DNA of 64,000 nt, from the NCBI GenBank assembly GCA_000708835.1, contig DF237045.1, forward strand, positions 145,820 through 209,819. Direction: 5' to 3'. The stretch's first letter is position 1, and each line of letters opens with the position of its first letter. Source of the stretch: Klebsormidium nitens. Taxonomy: Eukaryota; Plantae; Klebsormidiophyceae. The position numbers were made by a program, and so were the translations under genes. Below, in pieces: positions 26,412 through 38,300 of this stretch. A model generated the notes under the pieces. It searched no databases. It was given only the letters and a program-made list of their open reading frames with translations, and was not told the origin of the DNA.

Positions 26412-26711
26412 ACCCAGCGCGCGTCGGCCTCGCGCAGATCCAGACCGGTAATGTCGGGAACAAAAAGAATGGTCAGCGCCAGGCCTGTAAAAGACGGTTA
26501 GAAGATAGTGTGAAGATATCTGGTTCAGCGCGCGCCGGCTCGCGCAGAATCAGCAAATGAATGTCGGGCACGGAAAGAATGGTCAACATAAGACCTGTGG
26601 GGAGAGGAGTATGTACATCAAAGGATCGTGGGATCCAGCGCGCTTTGGCTAGCGCAAATCCACCGCTGTAATGTCGCGCACGAAGACAAGGTGAGCGTCA
26701 GGCTTGCGCAC
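26412..26711. repeat. Last-exon acceptor plus first ~80 nt of the exon, with two decayed tandem copies (~111-bp period) in the intron
   Basis: Real: cagcgcgcgtcggcctcgcgcag..taatgtcgggaac..gaatggtcagcgccaggcctgt at 26412-26490. Copies at ~26524-26602 and ~26634-26711. Confidence 0.8.
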
Positions 26712-28904
26712 GACTAAGTGACGGTGACCGATGATTGCAGGTCACGGTTCAAGGTCCGCTCAGATGGTTTGTAAGGGACCCGGAAAATTGATTGGAGAAT
26801 GCTAGGAACGAGTGCACCATAAGATGACGTTCGACCGCGCGAATCTCCTAGAAAGCTCCCGTACATTTGCCGCCAGAAGTCCGCCCGCCTTTGACCCTTG
26901 AATCTCACGCGCTCGGTCGTCCCTTCAAACAAAAGGGACGAACAGTCTCCAATCACGACTTGGCTGGAATATGCACGAGACCGCTCGTGGTTGAGAGAGA
27001 GAACAGACGAACAGTCTTGTTTATCTTTCAAAACCACGGCCGCAACCTTTCTCGGCAGACATCGTGACTTGATTGCGCAGAGGATTCGTAAGTGCGTCCC
27101 CTCACCAATTCCGGCGCAGACTGTGGTAATGGTGAACTTGCTCTGGTTGTCCACGTGTTGGAACCAGATGCCGGCCGTCAGTGCGCCGGCCTTGCCGGTC
27201 GCCGCCGCGATGCCGTGCGCAGATGCCCTGGGCAAAAGAACGCAGGTAAGGTCACAAACAATCCTAAGTAGCGAAATATGTATCGAATTTGCGGGCATCA
27301 GGCAACGTGAGAGAAGCGCCAGTCGAATTCGTCAAGCCTCTCGACATTTGACAGGCAGACCGCTGACGTTGGCACGCCTTGCAAGCTTTCTGCGCGCGTG
27401 TACATGAGGGGAAGCCTCAAAAGAAGCAGAAGGCGATGGTCAGAGGCTACAGAACCTACAGATTTGTCGGCGTTTCGAACCAACAAGAAGCGGCCGCAGT
27501 GAAAATAAGTGCACCTTGGCCGAAATCATAGTCCAGTTTGCGTTCATATTCATCTGATAAGAGCCTTCTGACCAATGTAGCTCTCCGGATCCCCCACAAA
27601 TGTGAACATATCAGATAAACGCCTGTGGCACCCCGGGGGCTATAAACCGACCACATGCGCCTAACGTGCGCTCACCTGGTCTCGGTCGGGAAGACCTCCC
27701 CGGGCAGTAGTCAGGTGGTCGAGTTGGGCCCCCACTGTCCCCAGAAGGAGCTGAAGAAGTAGAGGAACTCGAAGACGCCGATGTACTTCTTTGACGTCAG
27801 CGAATCGTAGTAGATGGAGCACAGCAGAAAGAGGACGAAGATGAACGCGAAGCCCATGATCTGCGCAGGACGGAACGGAATGAGACTCGGTGATTCAATG
27901 AGAGGAATTTTGACGAAGTTCAGTTGCCGTAGAGACTATGTTTCAAGTGCGTCTCGAAGAGGCCATAGGCCATGCCGTGCTCTGTAGTGGTCTCGAGCGA
28001 GTTCTGACGTACGTAATCCAGTGAGAGTTCCTTTGTTGAAAGGCCCTCAGTAGAATCTCTCGAAACGGCTCGTCGATCAATCGGGTCTCTTCCAGTAAAG
28101 CAACCTGGATTTCTACGTGCCCAAGCAACTGCACAGCTTTAATCTTTCATCACGAAATGCCTCCCGCCACTGCTACGACTCCATCTTTTGACCCTGCCAA
28201 TAACATCTCGAAACCTCCCGACGAACCCTTATTTCATTGCGGCTGTCAGCCGCATACGAAAGAGATAAATGTTCCTGTAACATTCAAAAGCTCCAAGATT
28301 CCAAGACCCAGTCCTTAACCCTCCAGGTAACCTTGAACCTTGAAATTTAAAGTAAATAAACCTCTGAAGCTCCCCGGAAGTAACCCTGTTTTGGTCGCCC
28401 TCTTACCTGCATCCTGGTTCTGCCCATCCACCGGCGGTCAATGGTGAAGGCGGCGAAAAAGTAGCCCACGTAAGCGATGACGGAGTTCAGCAGCGTGTAC
28501 TCCAATGTCTGGATGAGCGAGGGCGAGCCGCCGATGATGATGTTGATGAACGTGCTCTGCGTAGGGAAAAAACTTTTGTGGGCTGGCGATAGCATAAATT
28601 AGCAGCCTACAGATCGTATCTTAGCATACCGTATGTGGGCTGATCATAGGCAGGGAGTCAAGTTCGGAACTGTTGATGCAATGATACAACGTATCCGGCC
28701 ATCGCTTGTCATGTCGAGGCCGGCCGCTTCTTCGATCAAGCCCGCAAAGGTTTGGCAACCCATTCCAAGGAGAACAAATTTTCCTAACAAATCATCCGGC
28801 TTGACCGTGTAGCTTGAAGAACGGCGGACAGGTTTCAAAGCGGACGCCCAACTCATTAGCACTTTGGTTCGAAATCAGAGGGTTGTAGAAACACAACACC
28901 GTGC

Positions 28905-29415
28905 CTTTTCTGTATTTATTTACCAACTTGGTTTGCATAACCCACCTTGAAAAGCTTGTTGCCGTAGAAGACCACGTCCCAGACGAACCACGAGAGCGCC
29001 ATCTCGGCCAGGCAGTATTGACTTCAAAAATCGTGTTTTCAAAAAACTGGGTTGTCAGGTTGGTTTACTTACCCCACCTGGAAGAGTCTGTTGCCGTGGA
29101 AGGGGGCATCCCAGACGAACCAGGAAAGGGCCGTTCAGGCCAGGCAGTATCGATTTCAAAACCCGTGTTTTTTTCAAAATAAATGGTTACCAGTTTGGTT
29201 TAGCTAAGCGACCTGGAACAGCTTTTTGCCGTAGAAGGCCACCGCCCAGACGAACCAGGAAGGCGCAGTCCCGGCTAGGCAGTACTGATGTCAAAAACTG
29301 TGTTTCAATAAATAGGTTCCCAGGTAGGTTTATCTAACCCACCTGGAACAGCTTGTTGCCGTAGAAGGCCACGTCCCAAACGAACCAGGAAAGGGCCGTT
29401 CCAGCCAGGCGGTGC
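28905..29415. repeat. Four ~133-bp tandem units: last ~75 nt of a transporter exon + GT donor + intron start
   Basis: cc(c)acct(g/t)gaa..gc(t)tgttgccgt(a/g)gaag..cccagacgaacca recurs near 29339 (real), 29208, 29074 and 28942. Confidence 0.92.
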
Positions 29416-32400
29416 CAATAATGGTACACCAGGACAAGGAATTTGCGCCCGCCAAAGGAGACGCGGAGGCCCTCCTTCTTGAGGTTGTTCCGCTTCGCTG
29501 CAGTGGGGAAGTCTCCACTTGTCAAAGTCAAATAGCATGGATCCTGGTTGCTGATTTCACTAGGAAAGGTGTACTTGAAATCAAGAGAGAGGAACGATCA
29601 CAATCGCTGGACTTCGGCATTTTCATGGTGATTCACGCGCTTGCATCGAGCCCAAAAAATATACTCAACAAAATAGATAGGCTTCGGTGGCCAGCTGATC
29701 GACCTGGCCCATCGAAGAGGACATTCCAATTCAACAAGTAAAGAACCTTGATGCCATCCCGCCACCGCTGAAGAGAAGTGACGGAGGTAACAGTCGATCG
29801 GCATACTCATTTGGAAATGTCTATTTATCATGCTGGGTCTGTTACAACTCATGTGTGAATTGAGAGCTTAGGACTTCGACGCTGTCCTGCCAACAACCGC
29901 GAAGCTAAACCTTGCACATGCGTCGGCAAACGGAACGGCAGCGCTGCTGTCTCGAGCAGCACAGCGTTCTGAGGTGAGGTGCTCGCCTGTCCAGATAGAC
30001 GACTCCTGAAGCTTGAAGATCCTGATGTAGAGCATGATCATAACGGGGATGAGGCCGAAGGCGAAGGAGAGCCGCCACACCCAGTCTAGTTTCTGCAGCA
30101 GTCACGAATGCGTCAGCTGGATTCACGCAACAAACGGCGCTGGCCTTTCGGAATAGATAAAATTTCGCGGAGGATTCTCATGTCGCAAACACGAAATGGA
30201 ATCATATGATTGCTAAACAAGGCGCTCGGGTCAGGTAGGTCTCCTTCACATCTGCAGCTATATAATTTGCATCCAAGCATCTTTGAAAAATGAATCTCCA
30301 ATCTTAGATCTGAAACCTGGATACGGAGATTCAATGTCAGTAGAAACTTTAGAAGTGAGAGCAGAATCCAAACGACGAGTCCTGATTATCAGAGCGCTGC
30401 TGAAAATAAGAGCAACTCAAAATGCGTCCGAATCAGAGAAGCGTCCGGCTTACCGTGGGGTCGTACGTGGGTCCCCACTGTCCGAAGCACGCGAGCAGAA
30501 ATAGGAGCACGCACACGTTAACCACGTTTCCCAAACCCTGGTTAGAGAACACCAAGATCACGGTCTCGCCGCGCTTGTTGATCAGGTTCTTGTCCGCTTC
30601 CGCCCGTTCGCCGCGGAAGAAGAGGCGATGGGGTATTCGCCACCGACTCCCACACCGAACACAAGCTGCGTGAGAGAGGAGAATAATTTGCAACGGGATT
30701 TTTGTGGAAGCTCTGCGGACGTCAGATGGACAAGAAATCTCAAAATGAAAGCTTTTACGAAGTGGGCCTGGCATCGAACACATGGGACGTTCTGGAGATC
30801 AATAAAATCTGAACTGATTTTGATCCCCCAGAGACTTGTATCCTATTTGGGATACAAACCAACCCTTGAGCGGCCAGTAATGTGCATTCACCACCGAGGA
30901 TTCGGTCGGACGTTTGCAACGTGGAGGCGTCAGCACACGGCCCACGAGAGGTTCGAAACGTACAGACAGGGCCCTGTGAGTGGCCCCACAATGCGCAAAA
31001 TAGGTCTTGCTCTCACAAACTTATCCGCAAAAGCAACAGGCCCCGCTGAAAGCAGACGATTTCGCATCGTCAAACGACCGGGGCTTTTTCTAAGTGGAGG
31101 AAAGATGTTCTAAGCGGAGAAAGATGGGTCTGAAGAGAAAAGTCTCACCTGGGAGATTGTGTACATAAGCACGATCCCAGACTGGGTGGGCCCGTCGGAG
31201 GCGGTGAGCATGATTCCGCCCACGAGCATGATCGACGCTGTAATGATGGAGCCAAGCTTGCGCCCGAGTCGGTCCGCAAAGAAACCCAGGAAGACCATTC
31301 CAGCCATGATGCCCGCAATCTGCAAGGCAAGTTTCGATGTGATTCTTAACATAGAGCATTAAGTTTTGGTAAATGGGAGAGTATATAGGCCGAGGAGGCA
31401 CTTGCACTGAGATGCATTTGGAATCCTCCGATTTCAAGAGCATGTAAGGGGTCCAGAGCATTGAAAGAGAGTATGTTGACACGCGAAGACGGTACTGCAG
31501 TTCAGAGATGACGGCGCGGATCAACACGGGTCGTATCTGCAACGAACTCAAACGAGGAGCAAAAGCCAGAAACTGGACCTTGTACTTGTCCGAGCAAAGC
31601 TGATACCGATCCCATTCGTCAAGGGGTTGGCTTTAGATGGGCCGACGTAGCCAGACATCGTTGACCATTGGCTCGAAGCTGCCAAACATGCATGCTTCAG
31701 ATCCTACTCACTGCCCATCGTGTTTCGAGCAGCTACACATGCATGGATAAGACTTGCTGCCATTTAGCGCATTCAAATTGATCGAGATCGACAGTCAGGT
31801 CACCCCATCAGGACGTCGTCCATCGAAAACAAACGACTGCGAACTGATCAAAGCTGTCGACCTGACTTGCTGAGATTTGCAAACTGCACAGAAGTCTCTC
31901 AACCCCACCTGGGTGTAAGTCGTCGAGTTCGTGAGGCGGTAGCTACAGTTGGGGTGGGTTTTCCCAAAGCACTTGGGGTACTCCTTTGCAAAGATCGCCG
32001 ACAGGTTGCCGATGGAGAAGTGAAGTACGCCTCTGAAAACATGCCCAGCCCTGGGATCTTGAAGGAGAGTACCCATTGGCCGAACCTGCATGAAGAACAG
32101 CAGCTTATTGTAAGGGGCTGGTGAGTGAGACTAAGAGAGCTGGAAGTACTACACCACTGTGCCCTGACAAATCGACTTCCAGAAAGCCCAGAGGGTTGAA
32201 AGTCATGCACATCTGTCTTTAAGAAGATGGTAATATAAGAAGCCTTTGTACGAGATTTCTCGTCAGTCTATCCTTCGGAAAGCTGACTCGAAATTGGCCT
32301 GTCGATGACAGTCAGAGACGCACCTTCTATGCCAACAGTACACTTTCTCACCAATCATTGTTCAGTTTACAATCAGTGAGCAATCCAAACATCTTTCTTG

Positions 32401-35345
32401 AACAAAACCCGCACTCTCCAGATGTACATACGGTGCAGATCCGGGTCTCAGCTATAAGCTTTTTGAGTCAGAGTTGGCAGTGCCCAGAAACATGCCCAAA
32501 CAATCTTGACAGCAGAAGCAGCTTGCACCTCAACAAGGTCGTCAGCGTTTTACTGCTCCCCATCCACAGGCTACCAAAGTACTGAACTAGCAGCTGTAAG
32601 GGGAAAACAAAATTCTAGAATTCTGCTGTCTGCAATGTGAACCAAACACGCTGTCTGCGGTATGGACCAAACAGGTTCTTTCGAATTCAGGAGCTTCCAA
32701 GTTGCTGGCGATCTGGTCAAGAACGGGCAGGGAATCAACTCTACATGGTGCACCATCAAAGTTGAGCTGAACAAACTAAGAATTCAACCATTCTGCATGC
32801 ACATACATTGTGGCTGAATGCAAAGTGAACTCTCAATCTCAGATGCGACTACAAGCTCAGCTCACTAAGTAAGTGATCACTTCAACAGGAGGTCTAAACT
32901 CTGCATTTTCCACTCTAGTTTTGTTGAAAGGACCCCAAGTCAGGCTCAACATGGCGGCACTTTCTGAACAAAGCCAGGATGATATTGCGACCACCATTGC
33001 TGGATCATGCAACAACGACAGTCCATTCGCTTCAAAAGGGAAAGTTCAGCTCCAGAGAGAACAGTAATCAGTACTCACGCGATCACTGGGTTGGAACTGT
33101 ACACCTTCGATGGCCTGTCCCCGTAGTCGTACTCTTCCGCGGCCACCGCGGAAGCGCTCGCAGGCGCAGCGGTGACTCCCGTCGGGCCATGGAAGTCCTT
33201 CTCGGAGAAGTCGCCATTGCGCGCCGCCATGACGTCAGTAGCACAGGGCTGTGCCGCTTGGGATCGCTGAAATGCTCAGTGTGACAATGTGAGCGTTGAT
33301 CGGTAGTGGTACGTCTAGTGTTGTTTCGATCAGCAGCTACTGGTGGAGTTGCCAACCCTCGGGATCTTCAGCGCCGCAAGGGAGTAACACCCGCCCAGGC
33401 CCAAGGACTGCTTGGAACATAAGTAAGTTCTCCATATGCATATCTATCTACCCTTTCAGATGCTCGGACGCTTCCGTTGCGTTGTGATACTTACTGTGCT
33501 AGGAAGAAGCGAGCCTTAATTGTACTTTTCTAAGGCGTTTTAAACAACAGGCTGTCGTGAAAGCCCCTGCTGAGCGAACTGTGAGCTCACTCATCAGAGG
33601 GAATCTCGCTTTCCCTGGAAGGAGTTCCCTGCTGACAAGCACAAGATTCCCTCTCGCCAGCCCTGAGGCTGCCACCGCACCATTATGTCAATTATGACTA
33701 TGATTGCCTAGCTACTTGCAAGATTCCTTTTAGGTAATTGCTTCAAAGTTCAGAGAGCGGCACTTCAATGTTGCGCCCGTGCATATGCTTCGTGTAGGTC
33801 CTAGAGCTGCATGATGCAGATCATATGATTGCGGTCCTCGCGGGGGTCGCTCCGAGGCTGACACGAGGGTGAAATATTGGCACTTGTCGCCTAGGCGACA
33901 AGCCACCGCAGTATTCCGTACGAAGCGACAATTTGGAACCGGCCTCGGGAGTTCCCCCGGGACGCCTAGACTCTAGAGCAAACCGGGGGTTACCGGGCAT
34001 GGCTGGCCGCTGCAATGTGCAGCCTGCGCGTGTGAACTGTGACTGTGCACTTTGCACAGTGGCTCCGCGGGCCCAGTCGGCCGGGCATCTATGTGAGGAG
34101 TCGACTCCTCACACCGATCGGAGAGGAGTGGACCCCGGGGGCCGGAAATTCAAAGTTCAGAGCCACGTGCCAGACTTCGACAGCCAATCATTGGGTCACG
34201 CGCGCGGCCGGGCGCGGCCAGCTGCAACGCGCGCCCCGCGACTCGCGAGCTAGTCGCGACCAGAGTCCAGTAGCTAGGGGTGGGCCGGGACTCGCACACA
34301 CCGACTTTGTTCTGCCTAAAGCTGCGCATGTTTTTGCGCCACTTCAAGGATTGAGCGGGCCCCCGCCTTCGCCGGTCCCCTATTGAACCCATTCGAGTAA
34401 CCTAGAACACCCCCGGCTGCAATCAGCTCCCATGCAAGCCCAAACCGCTATATCTCAGCACCGGGGATGCGCCGATAAGGTTTTCTCGTACCTCGATCGA
34501 TCAAATCAAGAGACAAGATTCCTCACGAATAATTGGATGAATTGATTAGGTGCATTGAATTTCGATCCTAGCTTGTCGATTCTGTCAATTATTAATCTTT
34601 CAAGCGCACCTACGCTGTCAAAAACGCCGGAACTACAAGCTCGATCGCGGCGCGTGGCAAGATTTTTGCCCCAGTTTTGACCGAAACAGAAACGAGCGCC
34701 CCAGCCGCTTCGATCTCCCAGGACGTATAAGCTTGCGCGCAGGGTACGTCTGGCGAATTCCGTCCAGCCGCGGAAAAAACCCTGGAACTGCCTGGTAATC
34801 CGGCTGTCGACTGCAGCGCACGAAGTGACTACTAATGGACGGTGTCATGTGTATAGAGTTGGCGGCCATCTTCTATACTGAAGTTTTGTAATGAAGGCAT
34901 CCAAAATTATCCGGATGACACAGCAGAGATTGCAGCTGCGGCACGCAAATCCTCCTGAACCGGTGCTTGCGAGTTCCACTGCAGTCTGGGCAATGAAGCA
35001 GTCCGACGCTAAGAAGATCGACCAGATGGCCAAGCAATACAAGTCACCTTGATCCCGGCCGTGCCCATGTTAAGAGATATGCTGCTGCAGCTTTTTCCGT
35101 ACAACCAAATTTTCCGTTCATAAATCGTCACTTTCGAAAGCAGTTGGATGTTGACGGACGACGGACCATTGGACAACTACAGTAAGACGGCCGGAATGTG
35201 TTCCCACGAAAATTCCCTTGCTTGCACAGTATACGGTCAGATCTCGGATGATCTTTCATCCGGCAACAGTAATGAATCTCTAGATTGCCCGGTCTGCCTC
35301 CCCAAGCAAACACACAGATTGCTGGAGTCACAACGCGCTGCGTCG

Positions 35346-38300
35346 TCAGGCGTGGGCCTTCGCGGGCGTCCCGTGCGGTTGTTGGCCCTTAACCACGGTC
35401 TGGACGGCCGCCAGAACGACCGGCATCAAGCGAGCGTTGGTGGCGATGATGCCCCGGTCCAAGTCGAGGAACCGGCCCTTCGAGAAGTCGAGCTTGTTGC
35501 CGCCCGCGTCACGCACAACGCCGCCCGCCTCTGCAAAGCGGAAGCGATGGGTAAGTTGGGCTTGAAAAGGTGGGTTTGGAAGGTTAATATCGGGGCTTAT
35601 AGTGGAAGCCCAAGGATGTCTCGTTCTTACGTGACCGGCCCCTGGACAAGTCGAGCTTGTTGCCGCTGGCGTCACGCACAATGCCGCCCACCTCTGCAGT
35701 GATTCGAAAAGATGACTTAGCTGGCATTTTGTGGTAGGTATTAGAAGGCAGGTTTGGCAAGCTGATGCGAGCCTTGCATCAGAAGCCCAGGGATGGTAGA
35801 AATCTAGCCAACCGCCAATTCAGTCGTGCCCACCGAAACACTTCCTATCGACGCTGTGATTTTAAATAGTAAGACTCTTCCTCATTCCCTATCTCCGCCA
35901 CTCGATGAGAATGTCCAGCATCGACAAAACGGAAAGGACAGAGCTAGAAAAGTTCGTCATATTTTCGAAGAGCGAGTGCTGTAGACCGGCAATGGATCGT
36001 CCCACAAGCTTCGCATGTATTGCCAGTCTGCAGTCATTGCGGAGCCGCAAAGCGTAAGCAGTCGTTGCTGCCAACGCGAAAGGCAACCTCGGGGGGAGAA
36101 TGTTGTCAAGGTCCTTCACTAACCGCAGCCACCATGCGTTTGGCTTGAGGGCCTGGCCTACTGCAGGAGACGAAGGAAACAAAGGAAAGACAGGCGCTTC
36201 CAAGAATAATCGAGGAGGACGGCGGTTTTCAACGCAGGCGCATCCTTACATTACACGAGAACGGGAAATGCCAAGCCAATTTTTGAGTAGCGACGCGACC
36301 AGAAACTCTAACGAAACTATGCCTTGGTGAAGAGGGTAACACAACCTATCAGCACACATTGCAAAAGATAACAGTCTGCAGAAAGGACAAACTCTCGCCC
36401 TGCGAAGATTATCTTGTACTTCAAGTGCGACCAGAAAGTGCTACCACAGTAAGTGCCTGTTCTAAACAGAGTGAAGGAACGAACGGAAACAACATTTATG
36501 ACCCGAAAATAAGGTAACGGAAAATAAGGTACAAGTTCACCTTCAATGACGCAGCACCCTGCGACGTGGTCCCAAATCTTCTCGCGGTAGCCCGCGTGCG
36601 GGAAGCGCAGGTAGATCGCGGCGTCCCCTCGGGCCATGGCGCCGTACTTGGCCTGGCTGTCGATGCGGCACGGCGGCGCAGTCACTCCCAAAACCTGCAT
36701 CAGAGCGGAGTTCTTGCTGACGTCAGCTGGACGTGGATGAGTCGATGCACGGGGCGACGAGGGAGGAGGTTCACTTGGCCTCGCTGCCAATGCGCACGGC
36801 AGCGCAGTGACTCCCAAAACCTGCATCATTGTGCTGACGTCAACGAACGGCGGGAGTGCAGCGTGACGGCACGGCAGCCACTTCACTCCTGGGACGTGTG
36901 AAGAGATGAAGAAGCTTGTGCTGACGTCAGGAGCACGGAAGTGGAGTGTGCTGAGCAGGAAGGGCGCGGCCCAAGCGTGCGTGTTCGAAACCAGGAGACA
37001 GGCCGCTCGAGGCTGATGCCAGCAAGCTCTTGAACAAAGGCCTGGCAAACCCATTGCTTTCGACACCCAAAATACCCTGTCAGATTGCAGCCCGCCCTCT
37101 ATGCTCCCTCAGGTGTCTTCATCAGGTATCTTCAGTGCTGGCTTCTCATCCAGGACTCTTGTCATCCTGGCAACTTAGACATGGAAGTGGGGTCGGAATC
37201 ATTTGTTCACCTGCGCAATGCCCCCCGTCAGTTCCTGGTCCGAGTGCTTCTTCTCAAATGACTCGCAGAAGCTAGCCCACGCAGGGTCCTCCACGGAGCT
37301 CACGCGGACCTGCGGAGAAAGAAGGGAGCAACTCGGAACGGCTGTTCGGTTTGATTGGGATAATTTGTGCGGTTCGATCAGAAGGCAGAGGTCAAAAGAC
37401 AGTCAGAGAAACGCAGAGAGCGGCAGGGCATCGGGGTTCGAACGAAGCAACTAACCGCGACTGTAATCCAGGCGCAATCGACGGAGAGCAGTAACGGCGA
37501 AAAAATGATGTAGTGTTCTCTGGAGCAGTCCGCCTCTTTGGACGACCAACCAAACACCCTTAAGATCGAGTAACGATAGCTGCGCAGTCTCCGAACCAAA
37601 AGAGTACCGCTGACGCATCCAGCACACCAAAACTGGCACACCCCTCTGAAGGGGCTCTTCTTTTCAATAACCTGCCCCGTAATCCTTGACTAGTCCTTGA
37701 TCATCCCTTAATCTTAGTGCTTGATCATCCCTTAATCTTAGTCCTTGATCATCCCTTAATCTTAATCCTTGATCTCAAAACCTTCTCGAATCCTGGAAAG
37801 CTCAGCTCACCTTTGTTGGCGGTGACGACCCATCGATCGGCTCAACGGTGGTCCCCGCGCCCTTGTAGGCCGCAAAAAGGCTCCCCACTGGCTCCCCCTT
37901 CTTCCGTGCCGCTTCAACGTCCATGGAAGCGAGCGGCAGGTTTGGACACCCCAGGACGCCCAACACGACCTCCCCGCCGTCCAACAGTCCGAGGGCAACC
38001 GCGTATTGGTCGCCACGAACGAACCTGCGGCCGAGGAGAGGTGTGATTCGCAAAAAGAGTAACCGACTCTTGAGTTACTTGGGTCCAAATCGTTGACTTC
38101 AGAGAACCCGACTTTAAGCAGAATCAGCACGACTTTGGTCTGCTCGAGAAATTGAGTACGGGTTGGAGTTTCTCCACTAATTTTACAGCAACAGCCTACT
38201 GGTTGCTTTGAGTGAACCTGCGGCCAAGAAAAACAATCGTTCGAGCAAGGCGAGTCTAAACAGGATCCATGTGTGAGGGGGTCTCAGATTGTTTACTGCA

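Larger units (their letters stand above)
26237..33230 (-). pseudogene. MFS inorganic phosphate:H+ symporter (PHT1/PHO84 family, algal PTA-like), disrupted
   Basis: Motifs: PGLGMFSEAYF, GFFADRLGRK, GVGVGGEYP, NQGLGN, YWHRLAGTALSWFVWDVAFYGNKLFQ, GQWGPNSTT, EVFPTETRASAHG, PDITGLDLRE. Lesions: -1 frameshift at ~32020 (TTC AC TTC TCC), -1 frameshift at ~30610 (GCG GC GAA CGG), in-frame TGA at 27711-27713 (NSTT*LLPGE). Confidence 0.85.
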
